Source of the DNA: Opitutales bacterium
Lineage (GTDB): Bacteria; Verrucomicrobiota; Verrucomicrobiia; Opitutales; PNEW01
Length of the DNA: 64,000 nucleotides
Direction: 5' to 3'
Assembly: GCA_965197745.1 (NCBI GenBank)
Contig: CBDANS010000007.1
Coordinates: 1,408,001 to 1,472,000 of the forward strand
This document shows, piece after piece, positions 1 to 10,279 of the stretch; within the stretch, counting starts at the first letter, position 1; every line of letters begins with the position of its first letter. Both the position numbers and the translations under genes were made by a program. Below the pieces are notes generated by a model. The model was not told the DNA's origin. It saw only the letters and a program-made list of their open reading frames with translations, and did no database searches.

Positions 1-293
1 TACTACATATCCTTATTAGGATATCAGTCACTGTGTTTTTTCTGTGTTGATTGATCCTGCCGTGAAGATACTGAAGAAGGTAATTGAGTCGGGGGAAGAG
101 CACTGTTGCGTGTGTTAAGTTTTAGATCTTAAGCAAAATAAATTTCAAAAAAAGCACAGGCACAGCTGAGTGTTATCGAGTAACCTGGCTTAGAGAACGG
201 GTTTCCTGGGATTGGGGTATGCTCTGGGATGAGCCAGAAATAAAACCGTTAAATTACTCGCGAACTTAAATTAAGTTCGCTTACCAGGGAGCA

Positions 294-545
294 TTATATC
301 CACTTTTCTTTAACCGCCAGGTTAAAGCTTGTGACGATACCGTAGCCCGCATTGTCCGATGCCGTCTGATAATACCTGTAACGGGGTCCGATAATTTTTC
401 CATCCTGAATGACAACATATCCGTTATGATTTCGCGGGGGCTCAACAGCATTTACCTGGTTACTGATCTTGGGTTTTTCGGTATTCCACTGCACGTTTTT
501 GTCCGACTGTAAAGTCCCAGGTTGCTCGTTCGCATTATTTACCAT
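294..545 (-). CDS. hypothetical protein (83 aa)
   Basis: ATG-started ORF with no recognisable motif; a 21-bp palindrome (260-280) lies just downstream. Confidence 0.35.
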   Translation of the reverse strand: MVNNANEQPGTLQSDKNVQWNTEKPKISNQVNAVEPPRNHNGYVVIQDGKIIGPRYRYYQTASDNAGYGIVTSFNLAVKEKWI

Positions 546-743
546 GATTAAAATATAATAACCTCATAAGTAATTTGCAAGCGCTGATAACGGATGTCTG
601 AAAAATCCACAAACCAATTGCCATCATGAAGATAGCCCATTTCACTCTTACTCTACCTTGGCGACAGTGAGAATTAAGCGTGTTTTGAGGGTGTTGGATA
701 GACTTAAAGAATTGATTTCAAAAGGGGACCTTTCAACGGTCAG

Positions 744-1535
744 TTAAAAAGCTTTAACCAAAAATAACTGATTGCGCACATCCGTTCCCAGGGGGCCACA
801 AAAAGTATAATGAAGAATGGGAAAGCTTGCTCCCTCAATTGATAAAGGCAGTCGCATCGCATATTCAGCATAATCCCACCGGTTAAATACGATGTAAGCC
901 TGACGGAAGACAGCTACCTCAAGCTCATGCTCGATAGAAAAATCAGGGAGGAGCATGGGACCCGTATCGACCTGCCAGGTATCCTCCATGTGCCGGGCAT
1001 TCATAACTGTAACCGGGTACTCCGCCACCACTTCTATTGTTTCATCCCCTTTTGTTGTGAGATAGCGCGTCCTCCCAAGAATGGGCTTATTCTCAACCAT
1101 GGCGTCATGAACTTCCTCATAAGTCGTCATCTCCACCACTTCATTGTAAGAACGCAGTTCTCCTTCCAGGGAGTCCATGGTTGTCACCGTATTGATTTTA
1201 GAACCGACAACGTCACCCACCCGATAGGCCATCCGTTCAAATCCGGGTGTGCTTTCAAATTGTTTCACAAACATGAACTGGCCTTCATTAGAAAATACCA
1301 CATGAAATTCCATGGTTGGCTGAGCAATTAGATTTGTGTCCACGTACATCTTCTCGCCCGCGCAGGGATGACTTAAAAAATACTCTCTGAATGATTCACC
1401 ACTGCCACGTATTTTACAACTGGCTTGTAAAGCGCATCGAGGGGTATGGTCAGCGGTATGCTGAGACCATTGAACAAATGAATTAATATAGTCGTACTTT
1501 AAAATAGTGTTATAACTTAGATCGAAATTACCCAT
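744..1535 (-). CDS. hypothetical protein (263 aa)
   Basis: Long ORF with globular composition, co-oriented with its neighbours; family not recognised. Confidence 0.7.
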   Translation of the reverse strand: MGNFDLSYNTILKYDYINSFVQWSQHTADHTPRCALQASCKIRGSGESFREYFLSHPCAGEKMYVDTNLIAQPTMEFHVVFSNEGQFMFVKQFESTPGFERMAYRVGDVVGSKINTVTTMDSLEGELRSYNEVVEMTTYEEVHDAMVENKPILGRTRYLTTKGDETIEVVAEYPVTVMNARHMEDTWQVDTGPMLLPDFSIEHELEVAVFRQAYIVFNRWDYAEYAMRLPLSIEGASFPILHYTFCGPLGTDVRNQLFLVKAF

Positions 1536-1679
1536 AGCAGGACTTATAATTTATATATGATGTTTATTTCAATCGCTAAAGTGCAATTCAGTCAGATCGG
1601 CATGGTTCAAAAAGGATTGCCAGTAGCTATCGGGACAGCACCGAAGGAGAGACGCAAGCGGTTTACGCCTGCACCTTGG

Positions 1680-2567
1680 CTAAGCCCGATTGACGGTGTA
1701 TATTCCAATGGCGACAAGGATAGCCCCAATCGCGAGATTTGCGGTGATCGGTTCTTTTAAAAAGATATGACTGAGGGCGACACCAAATAGGGGCGTCGCG
1801 AAAAAAATCGCAGACATTTTACTGGGGCTGTGTCGCTTTAAGATTAGTGTCCAGCCAACGAAACAGAATCCTCCAATTACGAGTCCCTGGTAGAGAATTG
1901 AGCTCATGGCAATCATGGAGAAATGGTGCTCTTTCATATCCTCCAAACAAAGACTCAGGCAGAAAAAAATGGGGAGGCTTAATGCCATCTGCCAGATAAG
2001 GAGTCGATAAATATTTATATCTTGAATCAGCAGCTTAACGAAAATATTACAGATACCTAATAAAAACGCGCTGCCAAGGACAATGAGATCGCCTAAAATA
2101 TAATTGAAATCTAAATTTAAATTTCCCCTGAAAACGATAAGCACGCCTCCAAATGCTACGATTAACCCAAATATTTTACGCAGGGTTAAGTGATCACCTT
2201 TGATGAAAAAGTGAGCTAATACAGCAGTGAAAAAGGGGTTCAGGTTAATGATGACCGTGGTGTGGGAAGCGTAGGTGAATTTCGTTCCCAAATTAATCAG
2301 TCCAATTTGTGCCGTGAAAAGCAGAGACAAAATAATGAGTGGGATTATTTCCGTTTTTTTCGGAATAAGCGGAATGCGAGAATAGGTCGCCCAAAGAAAT
2401 ATAGCCAATGTTGCCAGTGAAAAGCGAAGTCCCCCAATCATGAATGGGGGTAAATCACCGAGGGCAGCTTTCAGCGCTACGGAGTTACCTCCCCAGAGAA
2501 AAGCGAGAAATACAGCGACCGTTATGATTTTAGCGCTGGGCTCTTCAATCGGTATCGATTGTTTCAT
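1680..2567 (-). CDS. DMT/EamA family transporter
   Basis: About 10 hydrophobic segments, LWGGN..ALK, duplicated EamA halves, P.FGV.LS..FL.E.I tail. Confidence 0.9.
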   Translation of the reverse strand: MKQSIPIEEPSAKIITVAVFLAFLWGGNSVALKAALGDLPPFMIGGLRFSLATLAIFLWATYSRIPLIPKKTEIIPLIILSLLFTAQIGLINLGTKFTYASHTTVIINLNPFFTAVLAHFFIKGDHLTLRKIFGLIVAFGGVLIVFRGNLNLDFNYILGDLIVLGSAFLLGICNIFVKLLIQDINIYRLLIWQMALSLPIFFCLSLCLEDMKEHHFSMIAMSSILYQGLVIGGFCFVGWTLILKRHSPSKMSAIFFATPLFGVALSHIFLKEPITANLAIGAILVAIGIYTVNRA

Positions 2568-2685
2568 TTCTCATAAATGTTGTTTCCGGTATAGATATCG
2601 GTGACTGTCGCAGACAGGTCTAATACTATAGCACCTTGTAAGAACCGGGAAGTTCTTAAATATTTAATGCAATTCAGCGTAGCTT

Positions 2686-3822
2686 CTATTGAAAACAGCT
2701 GGATGCTTGATTCCTGAATCTCTTTAACAGATCAGCGATAGAAAAGCTGGGACGGTCAATTAAGTAGGAATGGGCGGTGTCATTAAAATTGCGATACCAG
2801 TGCTCAGGAATTCCGTTCTTTCCGACAACCGCACCGACAATGCTTCCCGCCGTTGCTGCGGTGCAATCATTATCCAATCCCATGGCTACAACTTCGCCGA
2901 TGACTTTTGTCAAGTCGGTCCCACCGATCTTAATACCCCATAAGGTCAAACAGGCGTTATTAATGGTGTGAACTTTATGCATGCCTTCGAAACGATCATT
3001 TACGGCATTTCGAGCCTCACGAAAGTTTGTGATCTTTGGAGCAATTTCAAATGCCCAGTTGAGGGCTTTCGCTAATTCACAGTCCCTTGGAATTTCAGTA
3101 AGTCCGATTTTCAATGCTTCCAATGGATCATCAACGGTAAAAGCAGCTGAAATGGCTGCTGAGAAGAACATCGCCCCGTAAATTCCATTTTTGCGGTGGC
3201 TGATATACGAATCGCGATAGGCCATTTCAGCAGCATATTCGGGCCAACCCGGTGCTATGTAACCCCATGGATCTGATCGGATATCTGCACCAATTAATTC
3301 ATCATAAGGATTATCAATCTCCCCGGCAACCATCGCTGAATGACCTTCCTGCAAATTTTTCAGCGTAATTTCTTCCGCCGTGCAGGCATATGGTAGATAA
3401 CGAAGCCAGGATTCACCTACATTTTCAGTAGTAAATTCAGAACCATAAGATTCCGTGATTAAAAGACCTAAAAGCGTATAAACAATGTCGTCATCCACGG
3501 GCACCCCGCTAAGTTTTTCCCGGGTATAACTTTCGCGTGTGCTGAATTCATATCTTAAAAGGTGTGGATCGGGTACCGTGCTCCAATAATCTTCTGGAGG
3601 AAAACTATCTCCATTATCCCTGGCAAGGGATTCCATTTTCTCAATGGACCATAATTCAACGGGCGCCCCAAGCGTGCATCCAGCGAGTCTTCCAAGTAGT
3701 GCGCCCTCAAGTTTCTCTTCGTAGGTTTTTTCGTCAAAGCGAGTCCACAGACGACGTGGTCCATCTAATCGTAGCTCTCGTATTTTGTCTAATTCGTTGG
3801 GTTCCTGATATTCGGGGTCCAT
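2686..3822 (-). CDS. ADP-ribosylglycohydrolase family protein
   Basis: G.LLG..AGC.LG.PVE, VDDD, IGADIR.D, SH..NG.YG and G.DNDCTAATAGS motifs. Confidence 0.85.
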   Translation of the reverse strand: MDPEYQEPNELDKIRELRLDGPRRLWTRFDEKTYEEKLEGALLGRLAGCTLGAPVELWSIEKMESLARDNGDSFPPEDYWSTVPDPHLLRYEFSTRESYTREKLSGVPVDDDIVYTLLGLLITESYGSEFTTENVGESWLRYLPYACTAEEITLKNLQEGHSAMVAGEIDNPYDELIGADIRSDPWGYIAPGWPEYAAEMAYRDSYISHRKNGIYGAMFFSAAISAAFTVDDPLEALKIGLTEIPRDCELAKALNWAFEIAPKITNFREARNAVNDRFEGMHKVHTINNACLTLWGIKIGGTDLTKVIGEVVAMGLDNDCTAATAGSIVGAVVGKNGIPEHWYRNFNDTAHSYLIDRPSFSIADLLKRFRNQASSCFQ

Positions 3823-3845
3823 GTCAATTTGTTACTTGTTCATTA

Positions 3846-5573
3846 TTACACTATCTCAATAAACTTTAAAAGGAGGAAGATGATGACAAGAAGTAAAATC
3901 ATTAAAATGGCGCCCCATAAAATAGTGGCTTTAACATTTTCTCGTCGCGGGCCGAAATGACTGACGATGACACCGAGAGAAACGTTTACGATCAGTGCGT
4001 ATAGTCCAATCCATTGAAAACTGAGGCTGGGTTGGCCGGTAAAACTATCCCAAAAAGCAACTAACGCGGCTGTAGCAATTCCGTATGCACCCCCCATGAT
4101 CGCTCCCAATGGAGTGGTCGATTTAATGAAGAGAGCAAAAAAGAAGAGGCAAAAAATAGGCGCTACGAGGAGACCGTCAGTTTTCTCGGTTACGGCCAGG
4201 AAGTTTCCTGAGACATGTTCAAGGAATGAACTGAGGTAGACGACGATCAGTCCGATAACAAACGCCAAATACATAGCATATCGCAGATGGGTAATCTCGC
4301 TTTTCGGCCGTAACCCAAATCGATCGAGGAAGTCAGTCATGACCACAGCGGTAATAGAATTCACCCCGGAATCGATACTGGACATCGCTGCCGCAAACAT
4401 CGCGGCGAGAACAAGTCCGGACAAACCCATAGGCAACATATTAGCGATATAAAAAGGAAAGAGGATATCGGCTCCACCAGTTACCGTAGTGTCCTGTGGC
4501 AGCATATGCTGGTGTTCATTGAAGTATCCCAATAAGGCGAGCCCCAGGACACCTAATACAAGGGTTACTCCTATAGAAATTATAGTATTAACCAAATAAG
4601 ATTTTCGCGCAGCAATCGTGTCGCGTGTCGCCATAAATCGCTGGATAGCCGTTTGGTCTCCCCCCGCCGTGCTTACCCGCCAGATTAATGTTGAGACGAA
4701 CGCACCGAAGAGACTAACTCTAATACGCGGGTCGAGGCTGAAGAGTGGTTGCTCATCCCAGGTGGAAACCCACTGGGTGGGCCACCATGATAAGTAACTG
4801 CTGCTTTGGTAACTGATGACAATTATGGTAATCAAAGCACCGAGGAGAAGCAGGCTGAATTGGGCCAAATCGGTAATCACTACCGCCTGCAATCCACCGA
4901 GCGAAGTATAGGTAATGGCAACCAACCCAATGGCCATTACCAATAAGGGTCGCCATTCTGATCCCAGGTCCATCATCACGAGAAGAGCACTCGTTGCGAG
5001 ATAGATAAGGAGCGACATCCAAACCAGTCGCAGGACAATAAACATAGATGCGCCCAAAAGACGACCGCTGAGACCGAGACGCGCTTCAAGCAGTTCATAG
5101 GCGCTGGTCACGCGGTGTTTCATGATTAAGGGAATGAGTCCATACCCAACGATGAAGTAGGCGACAACTATCGAGATTAATCCCCCCAGGATAAAAGAGG
5201 GGCCATGTTTTATGATTTCACCAGGTTGGGCGAGATAGGAGATGGTGCTAAGTAATGTAGCATAAAAAGATATCCCGATGAGCCACGGCGGCATATGCCG
5301 GGATCCGATAAAGTACTCTCCGGTACTTGATTGCTTTCGAGAGTAAGACCATCCTAGAAAGAGAACACCGCCCACATAAAAGGCGATAATTACCCAATCC
5401 AACCAACCCAATCCGGTGTGTTCATATGCATTGACGGTAATAGCTACTTCAATGTTATCGGTGGCGGGTATATTCTTTTCGTGGGATACATCCGTTTTCC
5501 CAGGGAGCGAATGTGATGCCAATAAAATAACAACTCCGAGGTATGTGATCCAGCGGATAGGGAAGTGTGACAT
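3846..5573 (-). CDS. sodium:solute symporter (SSS) family transporter
   Basis: YF.GSR.MP.W..G.S..AT..S, GGL.AVV.TD, DQ..IQR and AAAMSS.DS..NS motifs; many TM helices. Confidence 0.92.
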   Translation of the reverse strand: MSHFPIRWITYLGVVILLASHSLPGKTDVSHEKNIPATDNIEVAITVNAYEHTGLGWLDWVIIAFYVGGVLFLGWSYSRKQSSTGEYFIGSRHMPPWLIGISFYATLLSTISYLAQPGEIIKHGPSFILGGLISIVVAYFIVGYGLIPLIMKHRVTSAYELLEARLGLSGRLLGASMFIVLRLVWMSLLIYLATSALLVMMDLGSEWRPLLVMAIGLVAITYTSLGGLQAVVITDLAQFSLLLLGALITIIVISYQSSSYLSWWPTQWVSTWDEQPLFSLDPRIRVSLFGAFVSTLIWRVSTAGGDQTAIQRFMATRDTIAARKSYLVNTIISIGVTLVLGVLGLALLGYFNEHQHMLPQDTTVTGGADILFPFYIANMLPMGLSGLVLAAMFAAAMSSIDSGVNSITAVVMTDFLDRFGLRPKSEITHLRYAMYLAFVIGLIVVYLSSFLEHVSGNFLAVTEKTDGLLVAPIFCLFFFALFIKSTTPLGAIMGGAYGIATAALVAFWDSFTGQPSLSFQWIGLYALIVNVSLGVIVSHFGPRRENVKATILWGAILMILLLVIIFLLLKFIEIV

Positions 5574-5590
5574 TTAAAAAAGTTAATAAA

Positions 5591-6442
5591 TTAACGACGT
5601 TTAATGATTTCCGATAGGCGATCCCATTCAGCGACATAGTTTCTTAAATGTATCTTACCGCCATCGATTTCACTCGCTAAAAGTTTTCGAACCAACAGCT
5701 GCTCCTGTTCATATTCAGCGTCTGATAAGAGCTCGGCAAAATGAGCCATTCTTGCCCATAAAAGATGCGTGGTAAATGCATCGAATTCATTGTAATTGAT
5801 TATTTCCTTGAGTTTCCCTTCGAGCCAAAGTTGAGACACCGATTCACCGGAAACGTCTATCTTTCCAGGAATGCCACTTAAAGATGCAATTTCATTAAGT
5901 TTGGGTGTATTTGCCCATCGGCCAAGGATGGGAGCAAGATCGATATTGAAATCACTGTGAGCGCTGAAATAATCAGTGCCTTCCCACGGTTTTTCAGGTC
6001 TTTTCCCAAAACCAAAACCTGCGAGGCCGTGGACAATGGATCGTTCTATGATGATAGGAACATCAGCATTGTGAGAGTTGAATCCGACTATTTGTGGTTT
6101 ACGGGACCCTACGGCTTTAAGAAAGGTCGCTATTATATGTCGCTCCGTCCATTTATCTTTGTCTTCTGGGTCAGCGGGTAAGGAGATGAGCTTTAAGGAA
6201 ACGTTATTAGACGTAGCTTCACGGTAGATTCCAGCTATAGAGACTATTCGACATAAAGCAGTTTTAATATAAGGTTTGGGGTTATCAGCATCGGCCCCGG
6301 CATCATTCCAAAGTGCCTGAAATGAATCTGCATAGCTTTGAGGGGGATTATGCTTAATATCATGAAGTATTTCACCTGCCATCGGGTCAGGCACCCATTC
6401 AATATCAAAACTGAGGAGTTGAGGCTGTACTGATTTAAACAT
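5591..6442 (-). CDS. predicted 3'-5' exonuclease (PolB-related DEDD family)
   Basis: ExoI FDIE, ExoII FN..N.D.P and ExoIII Y.E.D; G.PGK....G..V. Confidence 0.8.
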   Translation of the reverse strand: MFKSVQPQLLSFDIEWVPDPMAGEILHDIKHNPPQSYADSFQALWNDAGADADNPKPYIKTALCRIVSIAGIYREATSNNVSLKLISLPADPEDKDKWTERHIIATFLKAVGSRKPQIVGFNSHNADVPIIIERSIVHGLAGFGFGKRPEKPWEGTDYFSAHSDFNIDLAPILGRWANTPKLNEIASLSGIPGKIDVSGESVSQLWLEGKLKEIINYNEFDAFTTHLLWARMAHFAELLSDAEYEQEQLLVRKLLASEIDGGKIHLRNYVAEWDRLSEIIKRR

Positions 6443-6639
6443 CTGCAGAAAATTAGATTGCCCTTAGCATATTCGTTGCGTGTGTTATCCCGGTAAATAT
6501 AAATTTTAACTGCAACTAAAATACAATCATGAAATCTTATCTGGAAGGAGTGCCAATTGGGTCGATCAATTATTGATAGCGATGAATTTTTAATTTGCAG
6601 TATCTGATTGGTTTTTATTTCAAGACATTGACATTTATT

Positions 6640-7632
6640 ATGTCCTATTCCTTAGAAAAAGAGATTGCCTTAAAATCTGTCTTAAAAGCCAGTCGATTAT
6701 GTCAGACGGTGCGCCGCTCTCTGGTCTCAAATGGTGCCATGATGAAGGAAGATAAATCTCCCGTTACGATTGCTGACTTTGGTTCCCAAGCGGTTATATC
6801 AAATGAGCTCTATCAACATTTTCCTGATGATCCGATCATTGCAGAGGAAGACGCAACAGAACTTCTCTTGAATGAAAATTCGCATCTTCGTGAAAATGTG
6901 TTTCGGGAAGTTCAACAGGTATCCCCGGGGTTGGGTCAAGATGCAATTATTGAAGCAATACAGCGAGGAAATCATATTGGGAGTGGAGTAGGGAGGCAAT
7001 GGGCGCTCGATCCCATTGACGGGACTAAGGGGTATTTGAGGAATGGTCAGTATGCGGTCGCCCTCGCCCTGATTGAAAATGGAAAGGTGGTCTTTGGAGT
7101 ACTGGGGTGTCCTCAGCTCGCTTTTGACACCAGTAATGCAGATCATTCAATTGGGTGTTTATTCTATGCTGCGCGCGGAGAGGGTGTGTACATCAGCGAC
7201 TTGGAGAATCAAAATGAAAGGCCGATAAAAGTCTCTGATATCCAGAGACCCTCCGAGGCGAAATTTTGTGAATCTCGAGATTCGGGACATTCATCACATG
7301 GGCGCGCCGCCCGGATTTCATCCCTTCTTGGGATTACCGCCACGCCAATTCGTATAGACAGCCAGTGCAAATATGCCGTAGTCGCGCGCGGTGACGCTTC
7401 CATTTATCTCAGGTTGCCTGCAAGCCGCGGATATGTAGAAAAAATATGGGATCACGCCGCCGGGGTAATCATTGTTGAAGAAGCAGGTGGAAAAGTTTCT
7501 GATGTTGAGGGCAAACCGCTTAATTTTTCAAGAGGAAATACCTTAAAAGACAATAGAGGTGTGATTGCAACCAGCGGATCGATCTTTGAGGATGTTATTT
7601 CTGTTGTCCGTGAGACTATGAAAGCGAAATAG
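6640..7632 (+). CDS. 3'(2'),5'-bisphosphate nucleotidase, HAL2-like (IMPase superfamily)
   Basis: K.D.SPVT.ADF, AEED, LDPIDGTKG, DSQ.KY and EKIWDHAAG; start placed at ATG 6640. Confidence 0.9.
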   Translation: MSYSLEKEIALKSVLKASRLCQTVRRSLVSNGAMMKEDKSPVTIADFGSQAVISNELYQHFPDDPIIAEEDATELLLNENSHLRENVFREVQQVSPGLGQDAIIEAIQRGNHIGSGVGRQWALDPIDGTKGYLRNGQYAVALALIENGKVVFGVLGCPQLAFDTSNADHSIGCLFYAARGEGVYISDLENQNERPIKVSDIQRPSEAKFCESRDSGHSSHGRAARISSLLGITATPIRIDSQCKYAVVARGDASIYLRLPASRGYVEKIWDHAAGVIIVEEAGGKVSDVEGKPLNFSRGNTLKDNRGVIATSGSIFEDVISVVRETMKAK

Positions 7633-7733
7633 ACATCAAGCTATGAGCGATATGGAGTGTAGACGGACATGCGTAAATATGAATAAGCGTAGCATCGACT
7701 GGAGGGGCGCGTCCTTCACGTCTGTGAACTCGC

Positions 7734-8144
7734 TTACAGCTTAGGGCTGAATTCGACTTCTATGTTGAAATAGGTGTCCCCTGAAGTTAAAGCTTGAATG
7801 GCTTTGGTGATTTCAACAAAACCGGACGTTTTCTTGATATACCCATCTGCTTTTAATTTTAATGCTTTCTCAACAGTTTCGCCCTCGAAGATTCCGGAAA
7901 ATATAAGAATCTTTATATGAGGCATACTGCTTTTAAATATTCGTAATATTTCCAGACCGTCTGTGTCTGGCAAGTGTAAGTCCAATATAACCAGGTCAGG
8001 GTCAAGCTCCCGGCATTCCTTGAGGGCATCCTGCCCTTTTCCCGAATATCCTACAATTTCATACTCCGGATTTATCTCCGATAAGTAGGTGGTAATCATT
8101 TCGCGCAAGGTCAAATTGTCGTCGACCATGTAGATTCTTATCAT
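7734..8144 (-). CDS. response regulator (NarL-type receiver domain, no output domain)
   Basis: VDD, PDLVILD, DGLE and GYIKK; ends after the receiver domain. Confidence 0.88.
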   Translation of the reverse strand: MIRIYMVDDNLTLREMITTYLSEINPEYEIVGYSGKGQDALKECRELDPDLVILDLHLPDTDGLEILRIFKSSMPHIKILIFSGIFEGETVEKALKLKADGYIKKTSGFVEITKAIQALTSGDTYFNIEVEFSPKL

Positions 8145-8468
8145 GATTCCGTTTATCTTTTATGATTAAAAACTATCGGTACAAGTTCCTGAATTTTACC
8201 CGTTTATATATTTGCGACGCTTATAGAGTATCAGAAATATCAATATATTAAAGAGGATAAACAACCTCATTGATGACACTTTAAGTAAATCCTCTCTCCT
8301 TTGGCTGTATTTCGGTAAGGACAATGACGATTGTTTGAAAGCCCCTGACCCTGCGAGGTAATCAGTTATGGTAATGCTTTTACCGACTATATGTAAAAAA
8401 AATATAAAAAAATGATTCTTCATTTAATACCATTTATAAAATAACGATTATTCATTATTACTTATTAT

Positions 8469-8505
8469 GAATAGAACATAGAGTAATTCTCGGGGTGTTC
8501 TATTC
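8469..8505. promoter_or_regulatory. inverted repeat between divergent response-regulator and kinase genes
   Basis: GAATAGAACA-N17-TGTTCTATTC, perfect 10-bp arms. Confidence 0.35.
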
Positions 8506-8611
8506 GCTTAGCCTTATGCAGAAATTTACCTGAGAAATGCAATGAAATGGTACTTTTTTTAAAATTCCGGGTTGTTTCGTCGACTATCGAGATGCAGGTA
8601 ATGAGAAATAG

Positions 8612-10210
8612 TTGATAATAATGTTAAGAGAACAGACAATATCGGATAAGCCAATTACGGTTCAAAAGGATCATACGAATTACATTCGCGCTGAAGCGGT
8701 AAATAAGGAACAGGCGACCTTATTTGATAAGGCAAAAGATGCAATTGTGATACAGGATCTGGGAGATCGGATCTTGTATTGGAATCAAGCTGCTGAGAGC
8801 CTCTACGGTTTTACAGCGATAGAAGCGGTCGGAAAATTCACCAAAGATCTATTTTACAGAGATGAATGCAACAAACCAATTGAAGTTGACCAAGCATTGC
8901 GGGAAAATGGCGAATGGCATGGAGAACTCGAGCAATTAACAAAAGACGATATCAAAGTCGCGGTTGATAGCCGTAATACTCTTGTCCGCGATGAGAGGGG
9001 GAAACCGAAATCCATTCTCATGATTAATACGGATAAGACAGAAAGAAAACGTCTGGTAGCACAATTTCTGAGGGCTCAAAGGATGGAAAGTATTGGATCA
9101 TTGGCGGGGGGTATAGCCCACGATCTTAATAATCTTCTGGCCCCGATAACCTTATCAGCTGATATACTATTGAAAAATCCCGTGGATGAGAGAAGCAAGG
9201 AATTGTTATCGATGATAACAAGCAGTTCCAAGCGAGCGGGATCAGTGGTAAATCAACTCCTTACATTCGCGAGAGGTGTGCAGGTTGGGGAGAATGTATT
9301 AATACAACCAAAACATGTATTAATTGATATCGTAAAATTTATTAAAGAAACTTTTCCCGCGAACATAAATATCAGATTCAGTATTCCAAACGAACTGTGG
9401 CTTCTCAACGGAGACCCTACCCAATTACAACAGGTCTTCCTCAACCTGTGTATTAATGCCAGGGATGCCATGCCCCGAGGGGGTAATCTTTTCTTAGGGG
9501 CTGAAAATGTTTTTTTTGATAAAACTTACGCCGTCATGTCATCAGAGGCAAAGCCGGGTTCTTATGTCGTCCTCACAGTCACGGATACCGGAGAAGGCAT
9601 GTCTAATGAGACAAGGGAAAAAATATTTACTCCATTTTTTACGACAAAAAAGATAGGTGAGGGAACAGGGCTTGGTCTGTCAACATCTCTCGGTATTGTC
9701 CAAAGTCACGGTGGATTCTTCATAGTTGACAGTAGGATTGGGCACGGCAGCACGTTTAAAGTTTATTTTCCTGCGAATACCACTGGGTCCGAACAGGTAC
9801 ATAAATTTAGTGTTAAACCGCTGCCCCCGGCCAATGGAGAGAGGGTCCTTATCGTTGATGATAAATCAAACATTCGTATCGCAACGCAAGAGGTTCTGGA
9901 AGCCCAAGGCTATAAAGTTTTAACGGCAGGAGATGGGACTGACGCATTGGCCCTTTTTGTGAAAAGCAAAAATAAAATACGAGTTGTATTAACGGATATT
10001 GGGATGCCCTATATGGATGGAGTAGCCTTAGTGCGCACTTTGAAAAAAATAAAACCGGATACTAAAGTAATTGTTTCTACCGGCCAGGGAGAGAAAAACC
10101 TGATTTCCGAGTTGGAAAAGCTTGGCGTTAAAATATTCCTACATAAACCTTATTCTGCTGAAACATTGATAAGGGCGCTCAATAAAGTATTAATGGCTGA
10201 CGCTATTTAG
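8612..10210 (+). CDS. PAS-domain hybrid sensor histidine kinase (PAS-HisKA-HATPase-REC)
   Basis: YWN.AAE.LYG PAS, GIAHDLNN H-box, NL.INARDA, DTG.GM and GTGLGL boxes, C-terminal receiver. Confidence 0.95.
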   Translation: MIIMLREQTISDKPITVQKDHTNYIRAEAVNKEQATLFDKAKDAIVIQDLGDRILYWNQAAESLYGFTAIEAVGKFTKDLFYRDECNKPIEVDQALRENGEWHGELEQLTKDDIKVAVDSRNTLVRDERGKPKSILMINTDKTERKRLVAQFLRAQRMESIGSLAGGIAHDLNNLLAPITLSADILLKNPVDERSKELLSMITSSSKRAGSVVNQLLTFARGVQVGENVLIQPKHVLIDIVKFIKETFPANINIRFSIPNELWLLNGDPTQLQQVFLNLCINARDAMPRGGNLFLGAENVFFDKTYAVMSSEAKPGSYVVLTVTDTGEGMSNETREKIFTPFFTTKKIGEGTGLGLSTSLGIVQSHGGFFIVDSRIGHGSTFKVYFPANTTGSEQVHKFSVKPLPPANGERVLIVDDKSNIRIATQEVLEAQGYKVLTAGDGTDALALFVKSKNKIRVVLTDIGMPYMDGVALVRTLKKIKPDTKVIVSTGQGEKNLISELEKLGVKIFLHKPYSAETLIRALNKVLMADAI

Positions 10211-10279
10211 GGCTTTATTCCTTATCTCAAAACAGCAACAATTAAATCGGTTCTTCCATTGAGAATAACCATTTGCTCC

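Noticed and set aside
46..90. DGR template/variable repeat pair with 63430-63474
   Set aside because: Mismatches are not adenine-specific, the match is short, and there is no reverse transcriptase in the window
184..237. Hairpin ending in GATGAG as a SAM riboswitch
   Set aside because: Lacks the conserved SAM-I core and an appropriate downstream gene
8196..8423. 75-aa ORF
   Set aside because: Lies in the AT-rich divergent promoter region, has no motif and is probably spurious
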